A stretch of DNA of 58,667 bases from Oligoflexus sp. (lineage in GTDB: Bacteria; Bdellovibrionota_B; Oligoflexia; Oligoflexales; Oligoflexaceae): positions 1-58,667 of the forward strand of contig JBGSRE010000491.1 of assembly GCA_041737755.1 (NCBI GenBank), given 5' to 3'. Positions 36,403-45,506 of this stretch are shown piece by piece. Under the pieces are notes generated by a model that was given only the letters and a program-made list of their open reading frames with translations, had not been told where the DNA came from and did no database searches. The first letter of the stretch is position 1; each line of letters starts with the position of its first letter. The translations under genes and the position numbers were made by a program.

Positions 36403-37245
36403 TCAAATATCCCAACTCTTCAAGGTATTTACTACATTTTCAAAGGACACCTCGAATTGAGGGGACGATTTTGTCGTTGAAACCGCCGTAGCCCACCCTC
36501 GCTTCAAGACACTCGTATCAATCGATGCAAGAACTTCCCATATCACAGTAGGAAGCTCGTCTCCTCGAAAGGTAAATGTGGCTTTAATAGCTTCACGCAA
36601 CATGGTCGGATTTGCTTGTGGCAAAAACAATTGGATATCGTAGACATCCTTCGAACGCGAATTCCTGTCACCAAGAATGACCATGGCATGGAGTTTTTCT
36701 GCCAAAATTGTTTCGACTGGGTAAACCTGCCACGTCAGGCTACCTTCCCCTATCGTAAAACTGGTCGAAATCAGTCGCGGCGCTGGCGTTACCGGGTCCC
36801 CAATTCCCAAATCGATATGAATCAGCTGAGACTTTGATATTTTTGCTGGTGGTTCGCCCAATCCACCACGAAAGGATATTCCAATACCACCATAATCACC
36901 CTGTGTTTTGAGGTCTTCCGTCGCTTCATACTGAAACCATACACCGTCCCCACTATCAACGGACATTGCTGCTTTGATCCGATTGACGGCATCTTTTGGG
37001 TCCATTCCTCGCACGACTGCATCCAGATCGGTGGTATATCGAGGAGAGTTGTAAACTCTAACACCAACATAACCTCCCTTGAAAACTAGGTTGCTTTGAA
37101 GAGTTACGTCGGTCAGTAATCTGACGGCTGTCCTTTCAAGTAGGAAAATAGTGAGCATTTGCTGTGATGTCGACCCACGCTGCTTAGCGATATTACTTAG
37201 TTTCGCCTGGATAGCTTGTATTTGTGCTTTTGAAGTTGTGCTCAT
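36403..37245 (-). CDS. abiEii: AbiEii-family nucleotidyltransferase toxin (type IV TA)
   Basis: 'VFKGG', 'RYTTDLD', 'IDLGIGDPVTP', 'ETILAEKLHA', 'SRSKDVYDI'; ATGA overlap with abiEi. Confidence 0.9.
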   Translation of the reverse strand: MSTTSKAQIQAIQAKLSNIAKQRGSTSQQMLTIFLLERTAVRLLTDVTLQSNLVFKGGYVGVRVYNSPRYTTDLDAVVRGMDPKDAVNRIKAAMSVDSGDGVWFQYEATEDLKTQGDYGGIGISFRGGLGEPPAKISKSQLIHIDLGIGDPVTPAPRLISTSFTIGEGSLTWQVYPVETILAEKLHAMVILGDRNSRSKDVYDIQLFLPQANPTMLREAIKATFTFRGDELPTVIWEVLASIDTSVLKRGWATAVSTTKSSPQFEVSFENVVNTLKSWDI

Positions 37246-37847
37246 TTTGTTGTGATTGCCTCCCAATTTTTGACCATGACTTGCCACAGTCCTAGTTGCT
37301 TGGCTGTTTCATGCAGCTTCTTTTCACTGGTCTTTTTTTCTTGAAGAGCAGTTCTCGCCGCAGTCAGGGCTGTCTGGTATCCCATTTTAGTGGCATATCG
37401 AAACGCTTCGACGATAGCTCGTTCAATAGTAACGATGCGATAGAGGCCGTGGCTTTCGATCCCAACCTTTGGATCATGTTTTGTATGGATAATACGATAC
37501 TGCGGGAATTTTCCCTGATTTTTGTGTGGGACCATTACCCAAGTCTGCTGGGGTACCTGGGGGATCAACACATACTGGAATAGAGCAGTTAGGCCACCAA
37601 TTACAGAATCAGGTCCAAGCCGCGAGCAAGCTACGATAAAATCCAGAGTGCTGGGATCAATATCAGCGTCTTTGTGGTGGTAGAGGCCATGCTCCAGCCG
37701 AACCAGCATGCCTTTCATCGCTAGCCTTGAAACAGTGGGTTGAGAGATTCCAGAATTGATTGCGTCGGCGGTTCGAAAAACGCCTAGGTCGCGCAGAATC
37801 TCTTCTGGCTTTTTCTTCTCATTGATTTTTTGTCCCTCCAGGCTCAC
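37242..37847 (-). CDS. abiEi: AbiEi-family antitoxin
   Basis: wHTH 'GVFRTADAINSGIS...LVRLEHGLY', 'GGLTAL', 'TIERAIVEAFR'; GTG 37847 follows RBS GGGGGAG. Confidence 0.9.
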   Translation of the reverse strand: MSLEGQKINEKKKPEEILRDLGVFRTADAINSGISQPTVSRLAMKGMLVRLEHGLYHHKDADIDPSTLDFIVACSRLGPDSVIGGLTALFQYVLIPQVPQQTWVMVPHKNQGKFPQYRIIHTKHDPKVGIESHGLYRIVTIERAIVEAFRYATKMGYQTALTAARTALQEKKTSEKKLHETAKQLGLWQVMVKNWEAITTK

Positions 37848-37860
37848 ATGCTCCCCCAAA

Positions 37861-37961
37861 TGAATGAAATATACATATCTTTTAAAAAATAACGTAAAAT
37901 CATTCAAAATATTCTGAATGAAATATACATAAATTTTAGCAAATAACGTAAAATCATTCAA
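37861..37961. promoter_or_regulatory. Duplicated AbiEi operator (two ~46-bp units, 54-bp period)
   Basis: Units TGAATGAAATATACAT...AAATAACGTAAAATCATTCA start at 37861 and 37915, each bounded by inverted TGAATGA/TCATTCA. Confidence 0.75.
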
Positions 37962-38312
37962 TGTCTGATTTTAAATTGACTGGTACAGAGACTGGAACGA
38001 CCGTTCCAGGTATTGTAACATTAAGGAAGAATGACCAAATTAGGCGTCTAATCGCGTTTAGGGCTCTGCCAGTTCGGCCATAATTGGTCCTCACGGGAAA
38101 AGCGCGCCTTTAGCAGGCGCTTGGGACAGGGAATGTCCGAGCATGGAGGACGCGGCTTTCGGCCGTAGAAAGGCGAATTTGGGGGACGGTAAGGATTCGT
38201 GCGTTAAAGTACCAGAAGTGGTCAAAACCATTGCAGGCCAATGCTTTCATGGCTTGATCTTTACGCTCAATTTCGCCGCCTCTAAGTCTGCACAACACCC
38301 TGAAATTACTCT

Positions 38313-39455
38313 TTATTCTGGTGAGCCTTTGTCGATTTTTTGACGCTTGCCGAGCTCCAGAAGAAGTTGTCGGCTGTGGCGGAGCCTTTCTTCAAGTAAA
38401 TGGATATCCGGCAGCGAGCGCTGATACTCACGAGCTTTGATATACGGCAAGTTTGCTAAGGCATACTGGGCAACAGCCTCATTTTTCGCTGCACACAAAA
38501 TAAGGCCGACGGGATGATTCTCACCCTCGTTTGTCCAGTGCTCTTTAGCGTAGTTGACGTAAAGATTCATTTGTCCAACATCGTTATACGAAAGCTTGTC
38601 GATTTTAAGATCTATCAGCACAAGACAGCGCAGGCCCCGATGAAAAAAGACTAAATCTACGCGGTAGAGCTCATCACCGATTCGGCAAGGCTTTTGCCGC
38701 CCCCAAAATGTAAAGTCATTGCCAAGTTCCAAAAGAAAGCTCTCGAGGTCGCTAATCAGTGCTTGCTCAAGGTCGCTCTCTGAATATTCGTCCTTCAAAT
38801 CAAGAAATTCGGTGACGAAGTGATCCTTGATCTCCGCCTCAGCCGATAATGCATCTTCAGGCATGGGAGTGCCAATTTTCTTCAGATATTCGCTTTTGTT
38901 TTTCGACAGCTGCATGCGCTCGAAGCTATTGGTGTCGATTTGACGAGCTAGGGTTTTGCGACTCCAGCCATGGCGCACCGATGCCTCCTCATAAAAGGCC
39001 TGAGCCTCCAAGTCTTGAACTGACATAAGCAATAGGTAATGGGACCAGCTCAGGGGGAAAGATTGTCTCACGGGTGTTGAGACAATCTTTTTCATAAGGT
39101 AAAAAGACCTGAATCTATAGAGATTTGGCCTAGAAAAACCTCTACCAAATCGATTACTTAGATCGGCACTCAGCCGATCAACAATCTGCCTCCCATAGAG
39201 CTCGCTTCGAGTTTGCCCAGCTAGCTCAAGTTCAACGATCCGCCTTCCAATTTCCCAATAAGAAACAGACATGGCTGAGTTGACCACATGTGCAATATTT
39301 CGCCTAGCCTTTTCAAGCTCAGCTGATATTTCTTTAAACACTACCTCATATCCATCAATGTCGACTATCGTCCGGCTAGAAGTCACAGCTGGCAAGGTCT
39401 CTTTATCAATAGGCCCGGGCTTATCAGGCGGAGAGTTGCTCATAAAGGTCCTCAT
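38313..39455 (-). CDS. YhcG/DUF1016 PD-(D/E)XK nuclease-domain protein (transposon cargo)
   Basis: 'YWEIGRRIV', 'LSWSHY', 'FLLELGNDFTF', 'VDLVFFHRGLRCLVLIDLK', 'GQMNLY'. Confidence 0.92.
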   Translation of the reverse strand: MRTFMSNSPPDKPGPIDKETLPAVTSSRTIVDIDGYEVVFKEISAELEKARRNIAHVVNSAMSVSYWEIGRRIVELELAGQTRSELYGRQIVDRLSADLSNRFGRGFSRPNLYRFRSFYLMKKIVSTPVRQSFPLSWSHYLLLMSVQDLEAQAFYEEASVRHGWSRKTLARQIDTNSFERMQLSKNKSEYLKKIGTPMPEDALSAEAEIKDHFVTEFLDLKDEYSESDLEQALISDLESFLLELGNDFTFWGRQKPCRIGDELYRVDLVFFHRGLRCLVLIDLKIDKLSYNDVGQMNLYVNYAKEHWTNEGENHPVGLILCAAKNEAVAQYALANLPYIKAREYQRSLPDIHLLEERLRHSRQLLLELGKRQKIDKGSPE

Positions 39456-39479
39456 ATTTTTCTCGGCTTCAATACCGGA

Positions 39480-42458
39480 TTAAATTTCAGAAGATGCGAC
39501 TTGTATGCCATACGCCAAGGGCTCTGGGCGACGTTCTAGGTTCAAAGTATAATCTCCAAACCGATTGATGTGGTCCGTTCTATACGGTGCGATTGCTCCC
39601 AATGCTTCCCGACTAAATTCACGCCCCTCTGACTTAAGGGCATCGAGAATCTTGGTCATTGCATCGACGTTATGAATAATCACGAGACTGGACACCAAAT
39701 GATTGTACTTAATGAACTTTCGCTGGTCTTCGCGGCTATTTTCGGCAATTACCCCACCGCCGCCGAAGGCCACCCACTGAGTAAAGTTATTGTATGACTC
39801 GCACTTGTTAGTAGTTGCTGTAATTGTTCGCCTGAGATCAGCATCGCTCAGATAGTTAAGCAGGAAAATACTGCGAACTACTTTTCCAAGTTCTCGAAAA
39901 GCGAAGTAGAGCTTATTTTTTCGGCTATATGTACCAAGGCGTCTGAGAATTGTTGCCGCCGTGATATGCCCTGCTTTAATAGAGACGGCAACTCTTAACA
40001 TATCTTGGAAGTGAGTCTCAATCAATTTCCAGTCAATGACTTCGTCGAAAAGTGGGTCTATATTCTTATAGAGAGATCTTTTCTCTGGTCGAAAAATTTT
40101 CAAATCTTTCCAGTTCCGAATCCTGGGCATAAGTTTGATACCGAGCAGATAGGCGAGCGCAAAGACCGGCGCACTTTGTGCCTGCGTATCGCCATGCAGA
40201 ATATCAGGTTGGATCTCGGATTGATTTTGCAAAAGGCCGTCAAGGATATGGACTGCCTCCCAGACGCCGCATGGAATAAAATGACTAAAGAGAGCGATAT
40301 AGGTATCAGAGACATGATAGTAGCCAATGCCGCCATAGCCGCCGTAGCGAATGTGATACTCTGATAACAGGTTTTGTTCGTATAGGTCCCACTTAGTGCC
40401 GTCGGCCGCTGCACGTTGTCCAGAACCCCATATTTTCGGCAGCATAAAGTCGTTATATGCATTGATAACTTCGACTATGGCCTTCTCAAGATTATCATCT
40501 GTTACATGGCGCTGGTTGACGAGAGAAACCTGACGACGATCAATCCCCTTAATAGACTGCGCAGTTTGTGTCGGGCCGAGGTTACAGCCATAGCAAAAGG
40601 TCGTTGCAATGTAGCGACTTCGGGGATTCTCTATCTTGGCTTCGTGTCCTGATAAGGGGCCGAAATGTTTTGTCCAGTTTGTCCAATATTCGGTATCGGC
40701 CAAGATATCGATGATATTTAGCTGCGGCATTCTCTCCGTGAGAAGTTTGTCAAGGAGCTTCAAGTCATTCGGTTTCGATTGACGTTCCGGTTTGCTGAGT
40801 ATGACTTCCCCGTTTTCAAACCGAGCATGCTGATTGTCCGGAAATGATTCGTCCGTTGCTGTGGCCGTAGCCGAGAGTTCGTTACGCAATTTATTAACAA
40901 AGGACTTACCGTTAGTAGGAATTCCGACCTGCTCGCCATAGGTCGCCCGCTCCTTCTCGAATTCTTCCCAGGTGATGAGCTGCGTTCTATAATCGGCAAA
41001 CTTGTCACCCCCTCGAATCGCCAAATCGCCAGACTTCAAGTCCCTCATGACTTCGGTTAAAAGACAGAGTTCAAAGTAGCGGCGCGATACGCGCAGGTTT
41101 TTCTGGTCATTTTTTTTAGCAGCCGAAAGATATGGCCACCATCTCTTATCGCTGATCCAAGAAAGGTCAAGATCCGCCAGCCATAACCATTCACTCTTAA
41201 CCTTCCGATGAACCAGTATAAAGCCAATGGCTTTTTGGAGAGCGTTATCGCTACTTGTTGCTATGAGTGGCATACTTTCAAGTAGTTCAAAAAGTGCTGC
41301 CCTTGCACCTTTATAAAATTTCGGGAGAAAAGGTAGATAGTTTTTTTCTGCGAAGGCACCGAATGCTTCGCATTGTTCCAATACTGTATCCGGGTCAGAG
41401 CCAACGGCACTGGTGATGGTTTTGAGGCGCTCCCTGGCACTTCCTTTCGATTTGCAGGCCGCTAAGATAACCTCGTGTAGCATAGCGACAAGAACGTGAG
41501 TCTGACCCACTTGGTCAAGATGGTATTTATCAAGGGCATCCTTTGCGTGCTGATGGATTTTTTGTAAGCGCTTAACGAACATCTCGGCCAGATCGTCCAA
41601 GCCACACGCGGTCTGGAAACGAATCAATGCTGCCGCGATAGCATAGCGCTTGTGCAGGGCTAAATCCCGCATCGATGCTGCATCAAGCGACTTTGCTTCT
41701 GCAGCAAATTGTCGAATCTTGATATCTGGCAAAAATGCGAAGCAATCTTCTCCTAGATCGAGTTTCTTTAGCCATCCAAGGTGTGCCGTGAACTCGCGCA
41801 TATGGCCCACGGTTGGACTTTTAGGTTCTTGTTTAACTTGATCCCAATGACTCTTGATTGACTGCGAGCCACGAGCGAGGAGAGAATCAATCTTATTACG
41901 CCCATTTTCACCAAGGGCTTGATAGATAGCTCTGTGGTAGCCACCATTAACTCTCGCACGGGCACTCTTAGCAACACGCAGCATACTGCTAAATGCTGGC
42001 AGTTCGAAACGCTGGCGAACAAGTTCTTCAATGGCTACATTGATAATATCGGCTAAATCGTCTTTCGTGCCAGCGGCGTTGATGCAAGCTTCGGTCATCG
42101 CTTCCTGGGCTTCAGGACCAACGGCCGTTACATTAAGAAAAGCACGGATGAGTTGCGCGTGTCTGGGCCTCGCTCCAGTTTCATCGTAAGTCTTAAGTCC
42201 AAGAGGAATAAATTTTAGACCTATACCACGAGCAATATGGCTAACAATAGTCGGCGAGATCTCAGCGAGAGCTGGAAAGTAGCCGAGTCGTTGAAAAGTC
42301 TTCAAAAAAACAAGAAGACCAACTTGTGCTACCGGACTCCGCGCGTGTTTTGAAGCAAAAGCAGTCTCAGTCGCGTTAGGCGTGTATACTTCTGCCAGCT
42401 CCTTCGCTGTCGGATGCGACTTCAAACGGGGATATGCAGTCTCATTGACGCTAGGCAT
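39480..42458 (-). CDS. tnpA: Tn3-family DDE transposase
   Basis: 992 aa; 'AAADGT', 'HGDTQAQS', 'AFRELGKVVRSIFLL', 'HINRFGDY'. Confidence 0.97.
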   Translation of the reverse strand: MPSVNETAYPRLKSHPTAKELAEVYTPNATETAFASKHARSPVAQVGLLVFLKTFQRLGYFPALAEISPTIVSHIARGIGLKFIPLGLKTYDETGARPRHAQLIRAFLNVTAVGPEAQEAMTEACINAAGTKDDLADIINVAIEELVRQRFELPAFSSMLRVAKSARARVNGGYHRAIYQALGENGRNKIDSLLARGSQSIKSHWDQVKQEPKSPTVGHMREFTAHLGWLKKLDLGEDCFAFLPDIKIRQFAAEAKSLDAASMRDLALHKRYAIAAALIRFQTACGLDDLAEMFVKRLQKIHQHAKDALDKYHLDQVGQTHVLVAMLHEVILAACKSKGSARERLKTITSAVGSDPDTVLEQCEAFGAFAEKNYLPFLPKFYKGARAALFELLESMPLIATSSDNALQKAIGFILVHRKVKSEWLWLADLDLSWISDKRWWPYLSAAKKNDQKNLRVSRRYFELCLLTEVMRDLKSGDLAIRGGDKFADYRTQLITWEEFEKERATYGEQVGIPTNGKSFVNKLRNELSATATATDESFPDNQHARFENGEVILSKPERQSKPNDLKLLDKLLTERMPQLNIIDILADTEYWTNWTKHFGPLSGHEAKIENPRSRYIATTFCYGCNLGPTQTAQSIKGIDRRQVSLVNQRHVTDDNLEKAIVEVINAYNDFMLPKIWGSGQRAAADGTKWDLYEQNLLSEYHIRYGGYGGIGYYHVSDTYIALFSHFIPCGVWEAVHILDGLLQNQSEIQPDILHGDTQAQSAPVFALAYLLGIKLMPRIRNWKDLKIFRPEKRSLYKNIDPLFDEVIDWKLIETHFQDMLRVAVSIKAGHITAATILRRLGTYSRKNKLYFAFRELGKVVRSIFLLNYLSDADLRRTITATTNKCESYNNFTQWVAFGGGGVIAENSREDQRKFIKYNHLVSSLVIIHNVDAMTKILDALKSEGREFSREALGAIAPYRTDHINRFGDYTLNLERRPEPLAYGIQVASSEI

Positions 42459-42620
42459 GGTGGCAGTTCTCCGCGCATCACTTATGTGAGGGAGTTTAAA
42501 CAGTTATAGGGTGGCCGCAAACTATAATTTTCGGCCATGAGCTTTTTCTGTTAGTCTGACCTTGATTAGCAAGCCTTTCAGCCTACTGTTTTAAGTGGGG
42601 TTTTCGGCCAGGGGGAAAAG
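42459..42620. other. Putative res site / divergent tnpA-tnpR promoter
   Basis: Intergenic position between divergent tnpA and tnpR; CTATAA core and repeated TTTTCGGCCA. Confidence 0.55.
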
Positions 42621-43244
42621 GTGCGAGTCGGTCTTTATGCACGTGTGTCAACCCAGGATCAGCAGACACTGCCAATGCAGATGAGTGCGATGCGCTCCTA
42701 CATCGAGCATCGTGGTTGGAAAATTGTATATGAGGTCGAGGATGTGGGCTCAGGCGCATCCGAACGGCCAAAACGCGAACCATTGATCAAAGCAGCTCGG
42801 CGGCGTGAAATCGATGCTATTCTTGTTTGGCGTCTTGACCGTTGGGGCCGGTCGCTTGCAGATTTGGTTGTCACACTTAAGGAACTTTCGGAACTCGGCG
42901 TAGGCTTTATCTCGTTGACCGAAGCCCTTGACCTAACCACACCCACAGGCCGAGCGATGGCTGGGCTACTTTCTGTCTTTGCAGAGTTTGAACGCGAGAT
43001 TCTACGTGAGCGCGTTAAGGCAGGCATTATTGATGCTCGTGTTCGCGGAGGTCAACACGGTCGACCTTCGACCACTGCTGGAAAAGCCCAAGAAATTCTT
43101 GCCCTGCAAGCTATAGGAATGAATAAATCGCAGATTGCCAGAGAGCTTGGATTAACCCGAACATCGGTGAGACGGGCGTTGATCGGCAAATCCCGTCCAT
43201 TTAAAAAATCAGGCTGCATCGAAACGCCTGCAACCCTTGACTGA
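42621..43244 (+). CDS. tnpR: Serine resolvase
   Basis: 'YARVSTQDQ', 'VWRLDRWGRS', 'AEFERE' and a C-terminal HTH. Confidence 0.95.
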   Translation: MRVGLYARVSTQDQQTLPMQMSAMRSYIEHRGWKIVYEVEDVGSGASERPKREPLIKAARRREIDAILVWRLDRWGRSLADLVVTLKELSELGVGFISLTEALDLTTPTGRAMAGLLSVFAEFEREILRERVKAGIIDARVRGGQHGRPSTTAGKAQEILALQAIGMNKSQIARELGLTRTSVRRALIGKSRPFKKSGCIETPATLD

Positions 43245-43347
43245 CAAGGCATTCAACCACATCTGGTACTTTAACGCACGAATCCTTACCGTCCCCCAAT
43301 TTCGCGTTCATTTTTTCAAGGATCAAACTCAGAAAGGTGGTTCAAGG

Positions 43348-44049
43348 ATGGATCACAAGAAAATCGTTGCTTATTTCCGAGTTTCAACCCGCAAGCAAGG
43401 GGAGTCGGGCCTGGGTCTTGAGGGGCAGGAAGCTGCAATTACCGCCTATGCGCAAAATGGCAAGGTAAAGATATTAGCCTCATATACGGAAGTCGAAAGT
43501 GGTAAATTGGGTGAGCGCCGTGAACTTAGCAAAGCCCTGGCTCATGCCCGAAGATCTAAGGCTACCCTGGTTGTAGCAAAGCTCGATCGCTTAGCCCGCA
43601 ACGTTGCATTCCTGTCGGCTTTGATGGATAGCGGGGTTGAATTCATTGCCTGCGATAACCCCTATGCAAATCGCCTCACCATTCACATACTCGCCGCTGT
43701 TGCTGAAGATGAAGCCCGACGGATTAGTGAACGTACTAAAACGGCACTAGCAGCCTATAAAGCTAGGGGGGGAAGGCTTGGGGCGAGTTTGCCGCAATGC
43801 CGAACTTTAACATTAGCCTCGCGAAAAATAGGTGCTCAAAGAGCAGGTGATACAGCCAATAGGCTTGCGAATGAAGCCTATCGCGATATAGAGCCCCTTC
43901 TAAGGGACCTTCAAGCCAAGGGATTGTCGCTTCGGGCCATGGCCCGAGAAATAAATAGGATTGGTCATACAACGCGACGGGGTAAAAACTGGAACCATGT
44001 TCAGATTAAACGGATACTTAACATGGTTATGGTAAGGAAATGTCCATAA
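43348..44049 (+). CDS. Serine recombinase (outside the transposon)
   Basis: 'YFRVSTRKQGESGLGL', 'VAKLDRLARN', 'ISERTK'; C-terminal 'GLSLRAMA...GKNW'; ATG 43348 is the likely start. Confidence 0.9.
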   Translation: MDHKKIVAYFRVSTRKQGESGLGLEGQEAAITAYAQNGKVKILASYTEVESGKLGERRELSKALAHARRSKATLVVAKLDRLARNVAFLSALMDSGVEFIACDNPYANRLTIHILAAVAEDEARRISERTKTALAAYKARGGRLGASLPQCRTLTLASRKIGAQRAGDTANRLANEAYRDIEPLLRDLQAKGLSLRAMAREINRIGHTTRRGKNWNHVQIKRILNMVMVRKCP

Positions 44050-44142
44050 ATCACTTCCGTCAACGAATCATCAACTATATAATACTCTAATACTGCTTGG
44101 TTTATACCTCGCGTCAAATAATCAAACGATATTGGTGAGCTC

Positions 44143-45315
44143 ATGGACTATTTTGACCCTTCCCACTCTCTGCTGGGGACTGATCCCATTTCTAGTTTCA
44201 GAGAACCCCCACATCAACTTAAGCCCCAATCTTTTTTTAAGCACTTGCAGTCAGATTTTGAGGGCGGAGCTTTGGGATGGGTCGGCGATTTTAAAGATTT
44301 TGCCCTCGGCTATTTAACCTTTGCTTCGACTTTGCTAGCACGAGTTCCAAACTCCCATGCAAGGCCGGTTGGCGCTGTCGTGATTGGCGAGACTTCCACA
44401 GGTAAAACCGAACTCGCTAACTCACTCATGCGCCTATTCTCCGACGATCACGTCATTTGCGTAACCTCGCTATCGGCAAAAAGCCTGATATATAGGTGCA
44501 TAGAAGACCCCAATTGCCTCAATGGAAAAGTCATTTTTGTTGAGGAGCTATCCGGCCTTCGAAATGAAGACCTTCAATACCTACTCAGAATCTTAGTAAC
44601 GCGAGGGGAAGTGCGGCACGTTACCGTTGTAAACGGAAAGCCTGTGGAAATAAGGGCCAGAGGCCATATATCACTTCAAACTACAGGATTGCCGACCGAT
44701 CGATTACGTGACGATACCATGAATCGACTTGTCACCATTCATTCAGATTCGTCTCCACAAATGACTTCTAGGGTCATTAGCGAAATAAAAAAGCGATATT
44801 CTGCCAATGCGCATTCGTCTATTCAGCAAACCAATTCTCTAGATTGGTATAAAGAATTCTTCAATCAACTCCGGCCCTATCGAGTCGTCGTGCCATTTGC
44901 CGAAGATCTACCATTATATGGATCGGAACCAGAAAGTCGACGGATGTCCAAGATCATTTTGGACCTTCTCTGCACCGTTGCGCTGATCAATCAAAAAGAA
45001 AGAGTCATCGATAACGATATACTCATAGCAGACATTGAAGATTTTAAAATTATCTCTGAATTTCTCAAAGAAACTAAAAAAAGGCAACAGCTTACTTCTC
45101 GGGACAATACCATATTAGAAGCTATCCGAAGTCTAGCTAACATATCAGATTTTACCTACGATGATGTGATCGCAATAAAACCCGGTAATGGGTCTGTTGT
45201 TGATGGTGGCTATAGCTTAACAAGTATAAAATATGCGATTTCAAGGCTGGTTGATGCAAAAATAGTTAAGGAGATTGGTCGTAGGAATAGGGTGTTACGA
45301 TTTGCTTTAACGTAA
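44143..45315 (+). CDS. P-loop/AAA+-like ATPase with a C-terminal winged-helix-like region
   Basis: 'IGETSTGKT', 'VIFVEE', 'TMNRL'; resembles the MCM-like/primase-associated ATPases of mobile elements. Confidence 0.6.
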   Translation: MDYFDPSHSLLGTDPISSFREPPHQLKPQSFFKHLQSDFEGGALGWVGDFKDFALGYLTFASTLLARVPNSHARPVGAVVIGETSTGKTELANSLMRLFSDDHVICVTSLSAKSLIYRCIEDPNCLNGKVIFVEELSGLRNEDLQYLLRILVTRGEVRHVTVVNGKPVEIRARGHISLQTTGLPTDRLRDDTMNRLVTIHSDSSPQMTSRVISEIKKRYSANAHSSIQQTNSLDWYKEFFNQLRPYRVVVPFAEDLPLYGSEPESRRMSKIILDLLCTVALINQKERVIDNDILIADIEDFKIISEFLKETKKRQQLTSRDNTILEAIRSLANISDFTYDDVIAIKPGNGSVVDGGYSLTSIKYAISRLVDAKIVKEIGRRNRVLRFALT

Positions 45316-45506
45316 AGTTCTTGGGTCGATTGAAAAGGACAGCGAGGCAAATGTTTTCGCTCGCAATAGCCCATATGTCGATTGATTTACCAGTTCCTTG
45401 CTCAGGCTCAGCGCATGGCTAACCTTCCCAGCTCGAACGTGTGAACTATTACGGTTTAGAATCGGGTCGGACGAGGCCTTCAAGATCTGTCTTAAGCGTT
45501 CTAAAA

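Larger units (their letters stand above)
38181..43297. mobile_element. Complete Tn3-family transposon (5117 bp)
   Basis: Perfect 36-bp terminal IRs GGGGGACGGTAAGGATTCGTGCGTTAAAGTACCAGA (38181-38216 and 43262-43297); 5-bp TSD AATTT (38176-38180 and 43298-43302); contains tnpA, tnpR and one cargo gene. Confidence 0.95.

Noticed and set aside
37848-37961. N-terminal extension of AbiEi with a duplicated peptide
   Set aside because: It is read-through of the duplicated operator; a good RBS precedes GTG 37847.
43237-43347. N-terminal extension of the second recombinase
   Set aside because: It runs through the transposon IR; the catalytic domain begins after ATG 43348.
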